In this document: piece by piece, positions 12,826 to 25,935 of the stretch
How positions within the stretch are numbered: position 1 is the stretch's first letter
Layout: each line of letters opens with the position of its first letter
Origin: Squalus acanthias
Taxonomy: Eukaryota
NCBI GenBank assembly: GCA_030390025.1
Contig: CM059432.1
Span: 118,732,001 to 118,796,000 of the forward strand
Direction: 5' to 3'
Length of the DNA: 64,000 bases
Position numbers and translations under genes: made by a program
Notes under the pieces: model-generated
Databases searched by the model: none
Seen by the model: the letters and a program-made list of their open reading frames with translations, nothing else
What the model was told of the DNA's origin: nothing

Positions 12826-14576
12826 GGCCGGAATTTGCCAGGGTTCAGCAGGTGGGATCATAAGTGGCACGTGCTTTTCCTAATGTTGAGTCTGTCAGCG
12901 CTGAGCAGACCCGACACACAGCAGCGGGGGAACCAATTAAGCTCATTATGACCTTGTTTAGACATCATTAAGAATACATTTTAGCCTCACCTTTTGACTT
13001 TACGTGCTAGCCCACGGGGCCCTCACTGCTCGGTGATCATGCCTGTTAAGCTGAGGGGGGAGTTGAATGGCCATTGAATCAGCTGATTACTTGACAGCTT
13101 GAAATGTGCTATAAAAGCTCACACCTCACAGCTGTTCAATTTCCAAGCTCAGAAGCTTACAGCATTTGGAACACAGATTGAGCTTTATGCAGGTTGCAAG
13201 TGTTTGGAGCAAACTCTCTATCCAGTGTCAGCTCTTTGGAACAACCTCTAACACCATTGACAGATCGCTTCTGCCATCTCAACTTCACCTGCCATCTATT
13301 CCATCACCATGAGTGCCCTTTGTACTCTCTTACCTTGGTCCTCAGAATCCTACCATGATCAGCCCCAACACCAGCAGCACCAGGCACACCAGCAGCATCA
13401 ACAACAACACCAACCTTCTCCGCAATCAACTGATGCTGCACAGGACAGAGGGAATCAGCACGCGACAACATTGCTGCCCAGGAGGCCAGGGATGGTTCAC
13501 CATGGCCCGATTTACTTCACTTGACGTTGTACACCCCAGCTGCCACATGATGTGCCAAATTGGCGCCACCCCACATCAACACCATAAAGCATCCTTAAAA
13601 TGTCCAAGCCATTCATTTCACACTCACCACCATTGCGGGGTGGGGGTGGCGGGGGGGGGGGGGGGGGGGGGGGGCGGGTGGGCGGGGGCGTGGTGGCGGT
13701 ACCGTTATGTCTCACCATTCACTGCAACTCACTAAGCCACTTCCAAAGGTGCACACAAATCTGTCCAAGAACGCAAAGTGTTGAAAATAAAGGTTTTCAA
13801 TGTTTGACAGCACATTAACAGAAACTTTACATGAACACTGGATAAAACACCCAAGTGGCTACCCTGGTGTGTTGTTAGTTGGTATGATTGCACTAGGATG
13901 AGGGTAAGTTGAGGGGTGGCTAGTGAGATGGGGATGTGATAATATAGATAAAGAGGGGTGGGTGGAGGTGCAAGGTAAGTTGGTGTGAGTAAGGATGTGC
14001 AGGAGTAGGTTAGGGAAGGCAGAGTGATGGGGATGTGATGAGAGGCACAGCAGGATGTGGTTGAGTGTGGCTTTGTACTAACGTTTCGTGATCTACTGAG
14101 ATCATTGAAAGGTTTGCGGCACTGCACCCAGGTCCTCCTGATGACATCCCTGCTTATGCCCTCCTCTGCAATTTGCAACCAAGTTGTGTCGATCTCCTGG
14201 GGAGGTCTCTTCCGCCCATTGGAAGGGAAGAGGACCTCCCTGCGTGCTGTGACTCCCTCCATAAGCATATGGAAGGAGCCATGGGAGAGCCTGGATGCAG
14301 CCCTGTGCCTTTGTGCAGTCATTGTCAGTGTTTGCAGCACCTCAATGCTGACAGCACAATTGTCAAAATAAATTTGGCCATGTTCCCTTTAAGGAAACTG
14401 GCTGATGACACGTTATCAAATGACGCCACCAGACCCGCTTCCTCTAATTGGCCGGGAAACGTGCCGCATGGGCTGAACAAGCCCAATCAAGGGAAATCCA
14501 TTTCAGACAGCAGGATGGAGCCAGCAGCGGGGTCGGAACCCGCCACGGACCTGCCGAGGTGAGCAAAATCCCAGCC
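12826..14576 (-). mobile_element. Non-autonomous Harbinger derivative inserted in CR1
   Basis: TIRs GGCCGGAATTTGC / GCAAAATCCCAGCC with AAT TSD. Carries Myb exon 1 (ORF 13732-14340, RRTWVQCRKPFNDL) and a Q-rich transposase N-terminal remnant. Confidence 0.88.
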
Positions 14577-15209
14577 AATATGTCTAATTTCTCCAACACA
14601 GCATAGGATTGCAGTTCTGACAATTGGTTTCTAACACTCCTTGCATTTACATAAAAACAATTTAATGGTCTCTCATCTAATTCTTTAGAGTTATTTAATC
14701 TTGTGTGCTTCCTACCTGGTTTATCTGTATGCTTAGTATCTATGTAATTATCAAGTTCAGTAAAGCTATCTTTGAACTTATCTGCACTATCCCCTTGCTG
14801 AATTAGTTTAAATGCTTTCTGAAAGCATGCTCAACACCCTCTGCCAGCCTTTGTGCTCCCAGGAAGTTAAGATGGAGGCTGACCCTCCTAAACAACTTAC
14901 CTTGTCCAGCGAACATCTCCCAATTATCAATGAAGTGTAGCTTCTTATTACAAAGGTCCCGAAGACAGATGTTGAATCCTACGATTCGGCTATTCCTCTC
15001 CATCGATCTGGACGTGACTGGTAATAGCCCGGAGACTACTACCCTTGCACCCCTTTGTTGAAGTTTAGCTACGAGGCTTTTGTAGGAATCCTGCAAAACA
15101 AATGGATTTTTATCCATTGTATCATTCGTACCAATATGTAAACCTACTACAGAATCTTGGCACTCACCTTTCATCAGATATTCCACACGATCCCAGAGAT
15201 CAGCTACCT

Positions 15210-15746
15210 TCATAGAATCATAGAATCATAGAATGGTTACAGCACGGAAGAAGGCCATTCGGCCCGTCGAGCCCGTGCCGGCTCTCTGCAAGAGCACTTC
15301 AGCTGGTCCCACTCCCCCGCCCTTTCCCTGTAGCCCTGCAAATTTCTTTCCTTCAGATACTTATCCAACTCCCTTTTGAAAGCCGTGATTGAGTCTGCCT
15401 CCACCACCCTCTCAGGCAGTGCATTCCAGATCCTAACCACTCGCTGCGTAATCACTCGCTGCCAATCACCTTAAATCTGTGTCCTCTGGTTCTCAACCCA
15501 TCTGCCAATGGGAACAGTTTCCCTCTATCTACTCTGTCCAGACCCATCATGATTTTGAACACCTCTATCAATTCTCCTCTCAATCTTCTCTGCCCCAAGG
15601 AGAACAACCCCAGCTTCTGCAGTCTAGCAAAGTAACTGAAGTCCCTCATCCCTGGAATCATTCTTGTAAATCTTTTCTCTAAGACCTTCACATCCTTCCT
15701 AAAATGTGGTGCCCAGAACTGGACACACTACTCCAGTTGGGCCCCT
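15210..15746 (-). mobile_element. 5'-truncated CR1 3' end
   Basis: RFTRMIPGMR..LRGELIEVFKIM..RTRGHRFK; (CATAGAAT)n tail at 15210-15235. Confidence 0.9.
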
Positions 15747-15849
15747 GGAAAACAGAAGACTGTTCTTGACAGAGCCTTACCTCAATATACGGTGCTGTCT
15801 GTATGCCTGATGATAGAGGCCCCATGAGGATTGCACACTGCCTCTTGCT

Positions 15850-16418
15850 CATAAGAACATAAGAAATAGGAGCAGGAGTAGGCCAATCGGCCCTTCGAGC
15901 CTGCTCCGCCATTCAATAAGATCACGGCTGATCTGATCCTCACCTCAAATCTAAAGAACACAAGAAGTAGGAGCAGGACCCAGCCACTCAGCCCCTGGGC
16001 CCGCTATGCCACCCACAGGGCCTCGACCGATCCGAACTCAGCCTCATGTCCAATTTCCTGCCCGCTCCCCGTAACCCCTAATTCCCTTTACTTCTAGGAA
16101 ACTGTCTATTTCTGTTTTAAATTTATTTAATGATGTAGCTTCCACAGCTTCCTGGGGCAGCAAATTCCACAGACCTACTACCCTCTGAGTGAAGAAGTTT
16201 GTCCTCATCTCAGTTTTGAAAGAGCAGCCCCTTATTCTAAGATTATGCCCCCTAGTTCTAGTTTCACCCATCCTTGGGAACATCCTTACCGCATCCACCC
16301 GATCAAGCTCCTTCACAATCTTATATGTTTCAATAAGATCGCCTCTCATTCTTCTGAACTCCAATGAGTAGAGTCCCAATCTACTCAACCTCTCCTCGTA
16401 TGTCCACCCCCTCATCCC
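15850..16418 (-). mobile_element. 5'-truncated CR1 3' end (same family as 36669-39465)
   Basis: GMRGWTYEERLSRLGLYSLEFRR..ERAGNWT; nearly identical in reverse complement to ~38897-39463. Confidence 0.92.
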
Positions 16419-17139
16419 GCTGTTCACCCAACGATGTCCTCTTGAACTTTGCAGCCTTCCCCTTACCTTTTCCAATATGTTGATATGAGCATTGAGGTTG
16501 ATCAGTGTCACTGGTGCTGACCTCACTGCCTGTTGTGCTCTCCAAATCACAAAGCGGGGCATACCTATTTGGAGCAATAAAAGAATCCAAAGTGGTGAAG
16601 GATCCGGTAATATCAATGCCAGAAAATGATGACTTACTTTTCGTTCCAGTCAGAAAGTCATCGAAATCCACCAAGTAGATTGGTCAATCTTCTCTTTAGA
16701 GCAAACAATCTCCTGCTGCAGAGACAAAACCTGAACAGATTTATTGCAAGTGAAAGCCCTACAATGCTTCACTTCAACACCATCTCTCTCTAATGTTACC
16801 TTAAAGGTGTACATGGAGCACAGCTCACATTGGAGTCGCTCTCCTTTTCTTTGGGACCCAGGGTTCACCATCCTTCTCTTTCAGGAAATCTGCGAATAAA
16901 ATAGAGGGGGGAAAAGCAAAAACAAGCAGGCAGAACAAGTAGTGCACAAGTTACTCCCAACCAGTCCTAACTCCCTCAGTCACAACTCCCAGCAAGAGAT
17001 TACTATGCTCTGCTCAAGTCACACTCCGCAAAAACGGGTAAATGGAGTTGTGCTACAGATCGGCCATGATCTGATTGACTGGCAGAGCAGGCTTGTGGGG
17101 CTGAATAGCTTACCTCTGTTCCTCTGCTCATAATGGGGG

Positions 17140-18220
17140 TATGGAACTGATGTGCATGTATGGTATAGTATCACTATGGTCAATATTCAGAATTTGACGT
17201 ACATCATCAGCACACATTATATATACAACAGTAACTGCAGTGTCTGATTACTGTAGCCTCTAATCTGCATCGCACCTACACAGTGTACCTGGTACAGCAC
17301 GTGCAGTATCTGATTACGGTAATCTAGCATGTACCATGACTGTACCATGTATAAAATACATTACCTACAGTACCAGACCATTGTACCCTAGTATGTATCA
17401 TAACCGTAACACGTATATAGAACATGTTGTATTGGACCACTGTACCCTGGTAACTATTATGATTGTACCATGTATATAATGCATTACTTGTTGTGTTAGA
17501 CCACGGTACCCTGGTATGTATCATGGCTGTACTGTGTATATAATACATTACACACGTTATTATACCATTGTACCCTAGTAAAGAAACAACTTGCGTTTAT
17601 GTAGCACCTTTCACAACAGGATATCCCAAAGCACCTTGCAGTAAATTAAATACTTTTGAAGTGTTGTTACTGCTGTAATGTAGTGGCGCCCTAGTTGCAC
17701 AAAACAAGGTCCCACAAACAGCAGTGAGATAATATCCAGTTAATCTACCTTTGGTGATGCTGGTTGAGAGATAAAGGTTGACCAGAACACTGAGAGAATA
17801 TCCTTGCTCTTTTTCGAATAGTGCCATGGGATCGTTTACATCCACCTGAGGGGCAGATTGGACCTCAGTTTAACAAAAGACAGCACCTCCAACAGTGCAG
17901 CACTTCCACAGTACTGGACAGAAGTGTCAACCTAGATTATGTGCTGAAATGTCTAGAGTGGGGTTGAACCCATGACCTTCTAACTCAGAGACAAGAGTGT
18001 TACCACTGAACCGATTCTGACATTTTACTGCAGTACAGTGGGCTAATATAACAGCAAAGGTATGTACATAGCACAATCATACTGGGGTAAGTATCATGAG
18101 AGTACCATGCAGAAATTGCATTATCTGTAGTATCGCACTAATGTACTCCAATGTACATCGTAACTGTACCATGTACGTAATACATTACTCATGCTATTAC
18201 ACCACTGCACTATGCATATA
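17140..18220. repeat. Degenerate TGTACC-rich tandem repeat (interrupted by a SINE)
   Basis: Recurrent ~60-bp-scale units such as CTGTACCATGTATATAAT..ATTACCTACAGTA. Confidence 0.55.
17583..18015 (-). mobile_element. tRNA-derived Deu-domain-type SINE with L2-like tail
   Basis: tRNA-like head (GGTTCAACCCC), core GATCCCATGGCACTATT on the - strand, tail GGTGCTACATAAACGCAAGTTG. Confidence 0.75.
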
Positions 18221-18247
18221 CTGGCCCAGATTTTGCATTGAGAATAC

Positions 18248-20227
18248 TTCTTCTCTCTTCTTAGGCAGTCTCTCGGAACCGAGGATGACTTGCTTCCACA
18301 TTAAAAATGAGTTCTCAGGTGACTGATGAGTCCAATGCGGGACCTACAGTCTCTGTCACAGGTGGGGCAGACGGTGGTTGAAGGAGCAGGTGGGAGGAGT
18401 GCTTGGGTTGACGTGCGCTACTTGCACTGCCTGCGCTTGGCTTCCGCTTGCTCCCGGCGAAGAGACTCGAGGTGTTCGGTGCCTTCCCGGATGCTTCTCC
18501 TCCACTTTGTGCGGTCTTGGGCCAGGGATTCCCAGGTGTCGGTGGGGATGTTACACTTTTTCAAGGAGGCTTTTGAGGGTGCCCTTGAAGCGTTTCCTCT
18601 GCCCACCTGGGGCTCTCTTGCCGTGCCGGAGCTCCAAGTAGAGCGCTTGTTTTGGGAGTCTCGTATCGGGCATGCGGACAATGTGACCCGTACATCGGAG
18701 CTGATCGAGCGTGGTCAAAGCTTCGATGCTGGGGATGTTGGCCTCAGCAAGAACACTGACGTTGGTGCGCCTATCAAGCCAATGGATTTGCAGGATCTTG
18801 CGGAGGCAGCGTTGGTGGTACCTCTCCAGTGCTTTGAGGTGCCTGCTTTACATGGTCCATGTCTCAGAGGCATACAGCAGGGCGGGTATCACTGCTGCTC
18901 TCTAGACCATGAGCTTAGTGCCGGGTTTGAGGTCCTGGTCTTCAAACACTCTCTTCCTCAGGCGAGCGAAGGCTGCACTGGCATACTGAAGGCGGTGTTG
19001 GACTTCGTTGTCGACGTCTGCCCTTGTTGACAGTAGGCTCCCGAGGTATGGAAAGTGGTCCACGTTGTCCAAGGCCTTGTCGTGGATTTTGATAATCGGG
19101 GGGCAGTACTGTGTGGCGGGGGCAGGTTGGTAGAGGACCTTTGTCTTACGGATGTTTAGTGTAAGGCCCATGCTCTCGTATGCTTCGGTGAAGGTGTTGA
19201 CGATGGTTTGGAGTTCGACCTCCGAGTGAGCGCAGACGCAAGCATCGTCTGCATACTGTAATTCGATGACAGAGGATGGGACGACCTTGGATCTGGACTG
19301 GAGGCGACGGAGGTGGAACAGTTTCCCGTTTGTTCTGTAAATTAGCTCCACTCCAGCGGGGAGCTTACTGAGGGTGAGATGGAGCATTGCAGCAAGGAAG
19401 ATCGAGAAGAGCGTTGGCGCGATGACACAGCCTTGCTTGACCCTGGTTCGTACGTGAATTGGGTCTGTGGTAGAACCGTTGGTCAGGATCATGGCTTGCA
19501 TGTCGTCGTGAAGCTGGCGGAGGATGGTGACAAACTTTTGAGGGCAGCCAAATTTGCGGAGGACACTCCATAATCCCTCACGGTTGACAGTGTCAAAGGC
19601 CTTTGTGAGATCAAAGGAGGCCAGGTACAGCGGTTGGTAATGTTCCCTGCATTTCTCTTGTAATTGGTGTGCGGTGAAGATCATGTCCATTGTGCCTCTT
19701 AGTGGGCAGAATCCGCATTGCGACTCTGGGAGGAGCTCTTCGGCCACTGGGAGAAGGCGATTGAGGAGGATTCTTGCGCTGACTTTCCCTGTGGCAGACA
19801 GCAGGGAAACTCCTCTGTAATTACCGCAATCAGACTTGTCACCTTTCTTGAAGATGGTCACAATTACGGCATCTCTGAGATCCCCTGGCATGCTCTCCTC
19901 CTTCCATATAAGAGAAATGAGTTCATGAAGTCACGCCAGTAGTGCTTCTCCGCCATGCTTTAGTGCCTCGGCGGAGATTCCATCTGCTCCTGAGGCCTTG
20001 TCGTTCTTCAGTTGTCGGATGGCCTTTTCAACCTCATGCCAGGCTGGGGTTGTGCTGAGATGCTGGCGGGTAGCACGCTGCGGGATGGAGTTGAGGACAC
20101 TCGCGTCGAAGACAGAGTCGTGGTTAAGGAGATCTTCGAAGTGCTCCTTCCAGCGGGCAATGACTGCCTCGCTGTCCTTGATGAGTACCTCTCTGTTCTT
20201 GGCCCGCAGTGGGGTAGGGTCTTGGTA
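18248..20227 (-). mobile_element. RTE-clade (BovB-like) LINE, 5'-truncated
   Basis: RT ORF 18902-19891 (GNYRGVSLLS, PESQCGF, VKQGCVIAPTLF, LQYADD, FPYLGS); 3' end CATCCTCGGTTCCGAGAGACTGCCTAAGAAGA; GAATA on both flanks. Confidence 0.92.
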
Positions 20228-20740
20228 GGAATAGCAATGAGGCTGTCAGCACTCACCGTTATTATGGAGTAAATGGGACAGCAACTTCTGGAGTCCACAC
20301 ATGCGCAGTTAAATGCGGAAATCCAGAAGTTGCAATCCGAGTTACCCTGCTCCTCCACAGGCTGCCCAACACCGATCCTCGCTGATAGAATCAGTATTGA
20401 AATCCATGTAAAGGCATGAAGTTGCTGTACTTACCTAGTACTTACTGTAAATGAATTTTTAACAGTGTAATATGTCAGAATTACTGCCAAACAACCTCGC
20501 TGGCACTGAAAATTTAATTTTACAAGTGTGGAGTCTTAATCCTTCAGAATTTAATTAGTGTTGGAGATTTAAAAAAAGAAAAATTGAAATAACTTTTTTT
20601 GCTTTTTCTTTCTGTCTCGTTTATCTCTCTCTTAATCCCATCTCCTTTTCCTCTCTTTATTTCGCTTTCTGTACATGATATTACAATGAAGTAAATCTAA
20701 TTCATATTTCCTGGTATATATTTCCTGGTTTACACCCTGC

Positions 20741-21529
20741 GGGCTGGATTTTCCCGGGCCCCATCCGCACGGTGCGGGTGGACCCAGGAGACGATGGGAA
20801 TCCCGGAAGTTCGGGTTTCCCGACACGCTATGGGGTTTTAACTCCACAGTGTGCGTGCGACGTGAAGGGCGGGCTCCCCACCTGGAAGTCAGCATGACTG
20901 ACAGGCTGGCTTCCAGTTGTGTGGGGAATGCGGGGAAGGAGGCCACAGGACCAGGTAAGTGATGAGCGCAGGATGGTGGGGGAGGAGTCCAAGCCTGGGG
21001 TGCGGGGGGGGGGTCCGATCCCCCGGAGGTGGAGTCCAAGCTCGGGGTGGGGGTGATCCCCCGGAGGTGGAGTCCAAGCCCGGGGTGGGGGGGGTCCGAT
21101 CCCCCGGAGGTGGAGTCCAAGCCCGGGGTGGAGGGGGGTGTCCGATCCCTGACCCGGGGAGGGCCAGGCTGCTGGTGGAGAGCTTGGGGGGCCAGGACTC
21201 CTGCTCCTCTCGGCCCACAAGGATTGCTCCCCAAGGCTGAGGCCGCCTCGTGGCAGCCACCGGGAATCCCGAGCCCCGGGGTCCCCGGCCGCCTGCAGTA
21301 AAACCTGCAAAGCAGGTTAAAGTAGAGGCTTCAGGCCTCATTATTATATTTAAATTGCCAACCCACCTCTTGGCAGCGGGTTGCTATCCCACCCCCTCCC
21401 TCCATCCCTCCTGAGTTAAAGGTGAAAGTGGGCAGGTTGGAGGCGGTTTGGGGAAGGGGTTCACATTTTTTCAACTTTCACTCCCCCCCGCCTCCAACCC
21501 ACCCACTCTTACCTCTGAAAATTCCGACC
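20741..21529. mobile_element. GC-rich Harbinger-type MITE
   Basis: TIRs GGGCTGGATTTTC / GAAAATTCCGACC, TGC TSD; homologous to 42893-43679. Confidence 0.85.
20980..21150. repeat. G-rich ~36-40 bp tandem repeat inside MITE
   Basis: 3-4 copies of GGGGTCCGATCCCCCGGAGGTGGAGTCCAAGCCCGGGGTG. Confidence 0.85.
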
Positions 21530-21827
21530 TGCGTGTCTCAGTGAGGATTCTTCAATCTGATTGGTTGAAGAGCCACACTGTTGCTTTACCTGCTCACACA
21601 CGCGACAGATCCCCTGTAGAGGGTGCCGCGCTGGAAATGTTCTTTAAATGCCGCAAGTTGCCACTCAAAAGATCGCAAAATGTCTGTGGGCCGCTGTCAA
21701 TGTGATGAACGGCAAGCGGCGTTCCTTCGCCGCTGTCCGCAAAATCCGGGCCAATATATTAACTTGTTCTTTCAGATCACTGTATCCTGGTTTTTTATCA
21801 AGATATAAACATAGTACAGTCATGTCA

Positions 21828-21987
21828 GTGTCAGCCGCGGCTTAGTGGCAGCAATCTCGCTTCTGAGTTAGAAGGTTGTGGGATCTGACTTAGCACATAA
21901 TCCAGGCTGACACTTCAGTGCAGCCTTAGGGTGTGCTGCACTGTCGGAGATGCTGTCTTTCAGATGAGACATTAAACTGAGGCCCTG
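21828..21987 (+). mobile_element. Deu-type SINE, 5' half (3' half at 57238-57530)
   Basis: tRNA-like head, then GCTGCACTGTCGGAGATGCTGTCTTTCAGATGAGACATTAAACTGAGGCCCTG; stops exactly where the LTR starts. Confidence 0.8.
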
Positions 21988-22137
21988 TGTAAGGAAATAT
22001 GGGTGCAGAAGGTATTTGGGTGAACCGGTCCAAAAGAATGAAAAATTGCAGCCTTGCCAGGAACACCTATAACCACAACAATTGATAATAGGCTTTTCCA
22101 GTTGAATGAGTATTCTGTTTATTCCTTTGTCCACAAC

Positions 22138-22293
22138 ATAAGAACATAAGAAATAGGAGCAGAGATAGGCCACTTGGCCCCTCGAGCCTGCTCCGCCATT
22201 CAATAAGATCATGGCTGATCTTGGGCTCAAAGCCACTTCCCTGCACGCTCCCCATAACCCTTCACTCCCTTATCTTGCAAAAATTTGTCTATC
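22138..22293 (-). mobile_element. Short CR1 3' end inserted in outer 5' LTR
   Basis: CATAAGAACATAAGAAATAGGAGC tail; absent from the 3' LTR near 54100. Confidence 0.85.
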
Positions 22294-22567
22294 TCTTTGA
22301 TGAGTTTATAATAGTGGGCCTTGGTAGACTACACTTAATTTCATAGCTTTCATAGACCACGGTTACATTCATTCCTCGAATTAAATTAGTAAAAAGGACA
22401 ATGTATTGAGACTTGATTGTAGTCAGTAAGACCGTTAGTTTCAAGGTCTGCAGGATGGGGCGTTAACCCAGAGACAATAGAAGCTTGCGATGAGACTGAA
22501 GACAGAGATAACAGGGACCCAATCAATGTCTGTGCCTGGACATGTAGGCCGCGATTTTACGAACCTC

Positions 22568-24421
22568 TGTAGAGATTTGGCCAATTAGTAGCTTATCTCT
22601 AGTCTTTCAAATAATCAGGATCGACTGCAAACCAATATGGTGGGTATATTGTGTTTAATCAGAGTTTAAGACGGAATATAACATGCTAGTTATACAGCAA
22701 CAACATACAACCGTGACAAGCAGCTGGTACTGGTCCCGATCGGACAGACAGCTGGCATGCGTGAACAGTTCTCTGGCTTCCGGCCTCTCTCTCTCTCTCT
22801 AGAACCTCTGAAGGTGAGCGTGGGATCACACTCAAAAGAGCGTTCGGCCTGCCCAACCTCTGCTCGGCTCTCCCCTCCACCGTCTGCGTGGGCAAGCACT
22901 CAGGGTGTCACTTTATTCTCTTTTTAGGGATGGGCCTGAGGCCAAGCTATTGACAAGACCATTTAACCTATAGAGGTTCCTCTAAAACCTTAGCACCCAA
23001 TGACACCTCAAGTTCTTTGTCTTGGTTCTTTGTTTTACTGTTTAATCTTTCTGAAGTTTCTTCTTTTGGAATTCATGTCTTATCTCTCTTGACTCTATCC
23101 TCCTTGACCCAGCAGGGTACAAGGCCCGACCCGATCCCTGTAAATCATGGCCCCAGCCAGAGCTGTCCAGTCACTATCTCACCTTCATCTAGCAAATGGC
23201 CCATTCTAAGATGGATACCTTAGCCTCCTCAAATTCCTTTCATTCTATGTCTTTTCCTAATTAACTTTTAATTATCTTCGCAAGCAGTTCTGCTAAACAA
23301 ACTCCAAATTCTATTTGTAGAGATTATAATGGCCCAGAAATTGGAGTTCGATGGTTGCTGCGGGGGTAAGGATCCCCCGCGATATCGCACTCCGCGCCTA
23401 CCTTTATGGTTTTGGCCCACACGAACTTCAGTTCCTGGGCCTCTCCTTGGTGCCGGCGCGCAGTGTGTGCGTGTCCCAGAGGCGCAGTTAATTCGATGTG
23501 ACCTCTGGGATCACGTGGGCCAGTTAGAGCCAATGGCAGCATACCATCTTTCATTCATAGTTTTGACAGAAAGTGCTGTCAAAACTATGAATACAACAAG
23601 CCCCCAAAAGAACAGCTAAACCTCAAATAAATTTAAAAAAAACCATCACATTAATAAAATAACTATAGTTAAATAAATTAACCACTTTAAACAAAAATTT
23701 AAATTTTTGAAAAAATTTAAATTCTTTTTAAAAGTTATAAAAATAAACTTACCTTTCTTTAAAGTCTCTAAAAAAGATAAACCTGTTGAAAAAAAATTAA
23801 AATAATACTTAAGTAACTACTTACCTTGTTAAAAGGGGATCTTACGCCTGCTTTCTTTATGTGTAAAATCTTCAACACTTACCTGCGCGTTCAAACCTGA
23901 AAAAAAAACTAAGTGCGCTGCGTGCGCACAACCTGTAGCGCGCACACGGTTCACTTAGGAACCGTCCTCTTCGCAATACCCGAAGTGCCGGTTTCCCGCG
24001 CATGCGCAGTGCATGCAGAAAACCGGCACTTCGGGACCTAATACGCGAGAGTACACAGTGCGTAATCTCCCGTATTAGGTCTAATTTTCGGGCCATAATA
24101 TGGTTATTAGTAATAATTGAAGAAACATAGGTTGGGCCTTCACTGGCCAAATTAAAGATACATTAACAAAGTCTAAACCCTAACTTACAAACACCAGATA
24201 ACTAGCCTGGCAGGGCCATCCTGTGGGCCTCAGTGTGGAATGTTTATGCCTCACCTAAACTAACTGATTAAAAAGACCGCCTCAAATTCTAATGCAAGAT
24301 TTCCAGGAAAACTAAACTTAATCAATCCCCTTACTTGTCTCAAGCCGAAACATACAATCATTTAAACACAGTATTATTCGTGTAGTCATATACATTTTTA
24401 GGCACCTGTTAGTTTCTAACG
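22568..24421 (-). repeat. Inner provirus 3' LTR (contains MITE 23331-24094)
   Basis: Highly similar to 35718-36668 plus 39466-39603; minus-strand AATAAA near 22912; preceded on the - strand by PPT-like TCAAGGTGGGAAC. Confidence 0.92.
23331..24094. mobile_element. Harbinger-type MITE in 3' LTR
   Basis: TIRs GGCCCAGAAATT / AATTTTCGGGCC; absent from the 5' LTR at ~36480; apparent ATAAT duplication. Confidence 0.85.
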
Positions 24422-25300
24422 GTTCCCACCTTGAGAGGGAGAAAAACTCTATTTCGACCTCTCACTTTCAATTTTGCCAGCTCTAAATTGTTAGTTCGAC
24501 GGTTCAATTTGAGGGTCAGATGTTTCAAATAGCAATACATCAGAATAAGGACTATTAAGACCAGACACTGGGCACTTACTAGGGCTGCTGATATCATTCA
24601 TGCCCAGGGGTGTTGGCTGGCATTATAAGCTACTTCCCACCACTCGTGGTCCCCTAATTTACTTATCGTCTTCTCAACTTGGGTATTATCCTGCTGCATC
24701 TTAACCAAATGTTTCTGGGAGGTACTACTTCTTTCAATGATGGATTTTAAACTGAGAGGTAATGGTGGAATTGGATGTCTGAATTTTTACTATTGCCTCT
24801 CGGGCCTCCTGCTGCATAGTGATGTTTACTTCTATTTGTGTTATATTGTGAGTTCTTATGGGAATCAAATGGACGTTTCCTATCTGAGTCACCTCGTTAG
24901 GTTTCAAATCCGATTATTTTCGATGTCTGTCAGACCCTTCTGTACCGATCCAGTAGGAAACTCCCATACACAGCACAAGTAATACCCTTAGAAAACTGGT
25001 CCTTGCTTCCCTCAGATTCCTTCATTATCTCATTGATCTTGTCCAGAATCTCTCGAAAGTCGTGTACCATGTCTAAGGTGCTTTTTAGTATTTCTTGCAA
25101 TTCTTTAATTTCGTCTGAACCTCCCTTATTTATTTTGGTTAAAATTCCCCTCAATTGTCTCCTCATAGCTTCATCATGTTTCCACATAGATTGTATGTCT
25201 ATTCTATTCCATGATGTGGAGATGCCGGCGTTGGACTGGGGTGGACAAAAATGAGAAGTCGCACAACACCAGGTTATAGTCCAACAGATTTATTTAATTT

Positions 25301-25337
25301 TACAAGCTTTCGGAGCGGTTCGCTCCTTCCTCAGGTA
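25301..25337 (-). ncRNA. Minimal hammerhead ribozyme motif (Penelope pLTR)
   Basis: Reverse complement reads TAC-CTGAGGA-A-GGAGCG-AAC-CGCTCC-GAAA-GCTT-GTA. Confidence 0.75.
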
Positions 25338-25898
25338 GGGTAGCAGTGAGAGAATCTCCCAGAATTCACAATATAAACACAGACAAAATCTATTCAAATC
25401 TTTCCCTACATCAAAGACACACGAAGAGCACAGCCAAGACAATGAGATGTGTCCCAGGGGTCCAACGTGTCAAAACACCTGCTGGCTGCATATCCTGTCA
25501 ATTTGTGTTGGTTCTTGTGTTAGTCTTTTTTAAAAAAAACACCTGGAAAGACCGGCCATGATGTCAAGTCACGTTCTGTATCGTGACATGAACCCGATAT
25601 CGCGATTGAGGCCATCCTCATGAGTGCGGAACTTGGCTATCAGTTTCTGCTCTATGATTTTGCGCTGTCGTGTATCCCGAAGGTCTTTCCAGGTGTTTTT
25701 TTTTAAAAAGACTAACACAAGAACCAACACAAATTGACAGGATATGCAGCCAGCAGGTGTTTTGACACGTTGGACCCCCTGGGACACATCTCATTGTCTT
25801 GGCTGTGCTCTTAGTGTGTCTTTGATGTAGGGAAAGATTTGAATAGATTTTGTCTGTGTTTATATTGTGAATTCTGGGCGATTCTCTCACTGCTACCC

Positions 25899-25935
25899 TA
25901 CCTGAGGAAGGAGCGAACCGCTCCGAAAGCTTGTA
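25899..25935 (+). ncRNA. Minimal hammerhead ribozyme motif (Penelope pLTR)
   Basis: CUGAnGA core, stem II GGAGCG/CGCTCC, GAAA, palindromic AAGCTT, stem I TAC/GTA. Confidence 0.75.

Larger units (their letters stand above)
9890..17030 (-). mobile_element. Decayed near full-length CR1 LINE (ORF1 Zn-finger/SGNH esterase plus ORF2 APE-RT), split by later insertions
   Basis: ORF1 pieces CELCSMY (16650-16871) and HIGTND..LHLNFLGA (14803-15213); APE (ISETCL, GDFSFP, LDLVFS); RT ([26 protein letters not shown]); C-terminal RTRGHKFKL. Confidence 0.9.
18223..21752. mobile_element. Harbinger-type MITE containing RTE and MITE insertions
   Basis: TIRs GGCCCAGATTTTGC / GCAAAATCCGGGCC; interior 20230-20740 resembles MITE 5332-6074 in reverse orientation. 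Confidence 0.7.

Noticed and set aside
13309..13524. Poly-Q/H ORF as host protein
   Set aside because: N-terminal remnant of the Harbinger transposase, repeated at 4230-4346, 40690-40800 and 50760-50890.
17940..18015. tRNA gene
   Set aside because: Degenerate tRNA-derived SINE head; no complete cloverleaf.
18326..19030. 234-aa + strand ORF
   Set aside because: Antisense shadow of the RTE ORF.
20980..21150. Short direct repeats resembling a CRISPR array
   Set aside because: Units are contiguous with no unique spacers, there are no cas genes, and the context is a eukaryotic MITE.
20632..21341. Overlapping Pro/Gly-rich ORFs of 90-200 aa
   Set aside because: Produced by a GC-rich, stop-poor MITE and tandem repeat.
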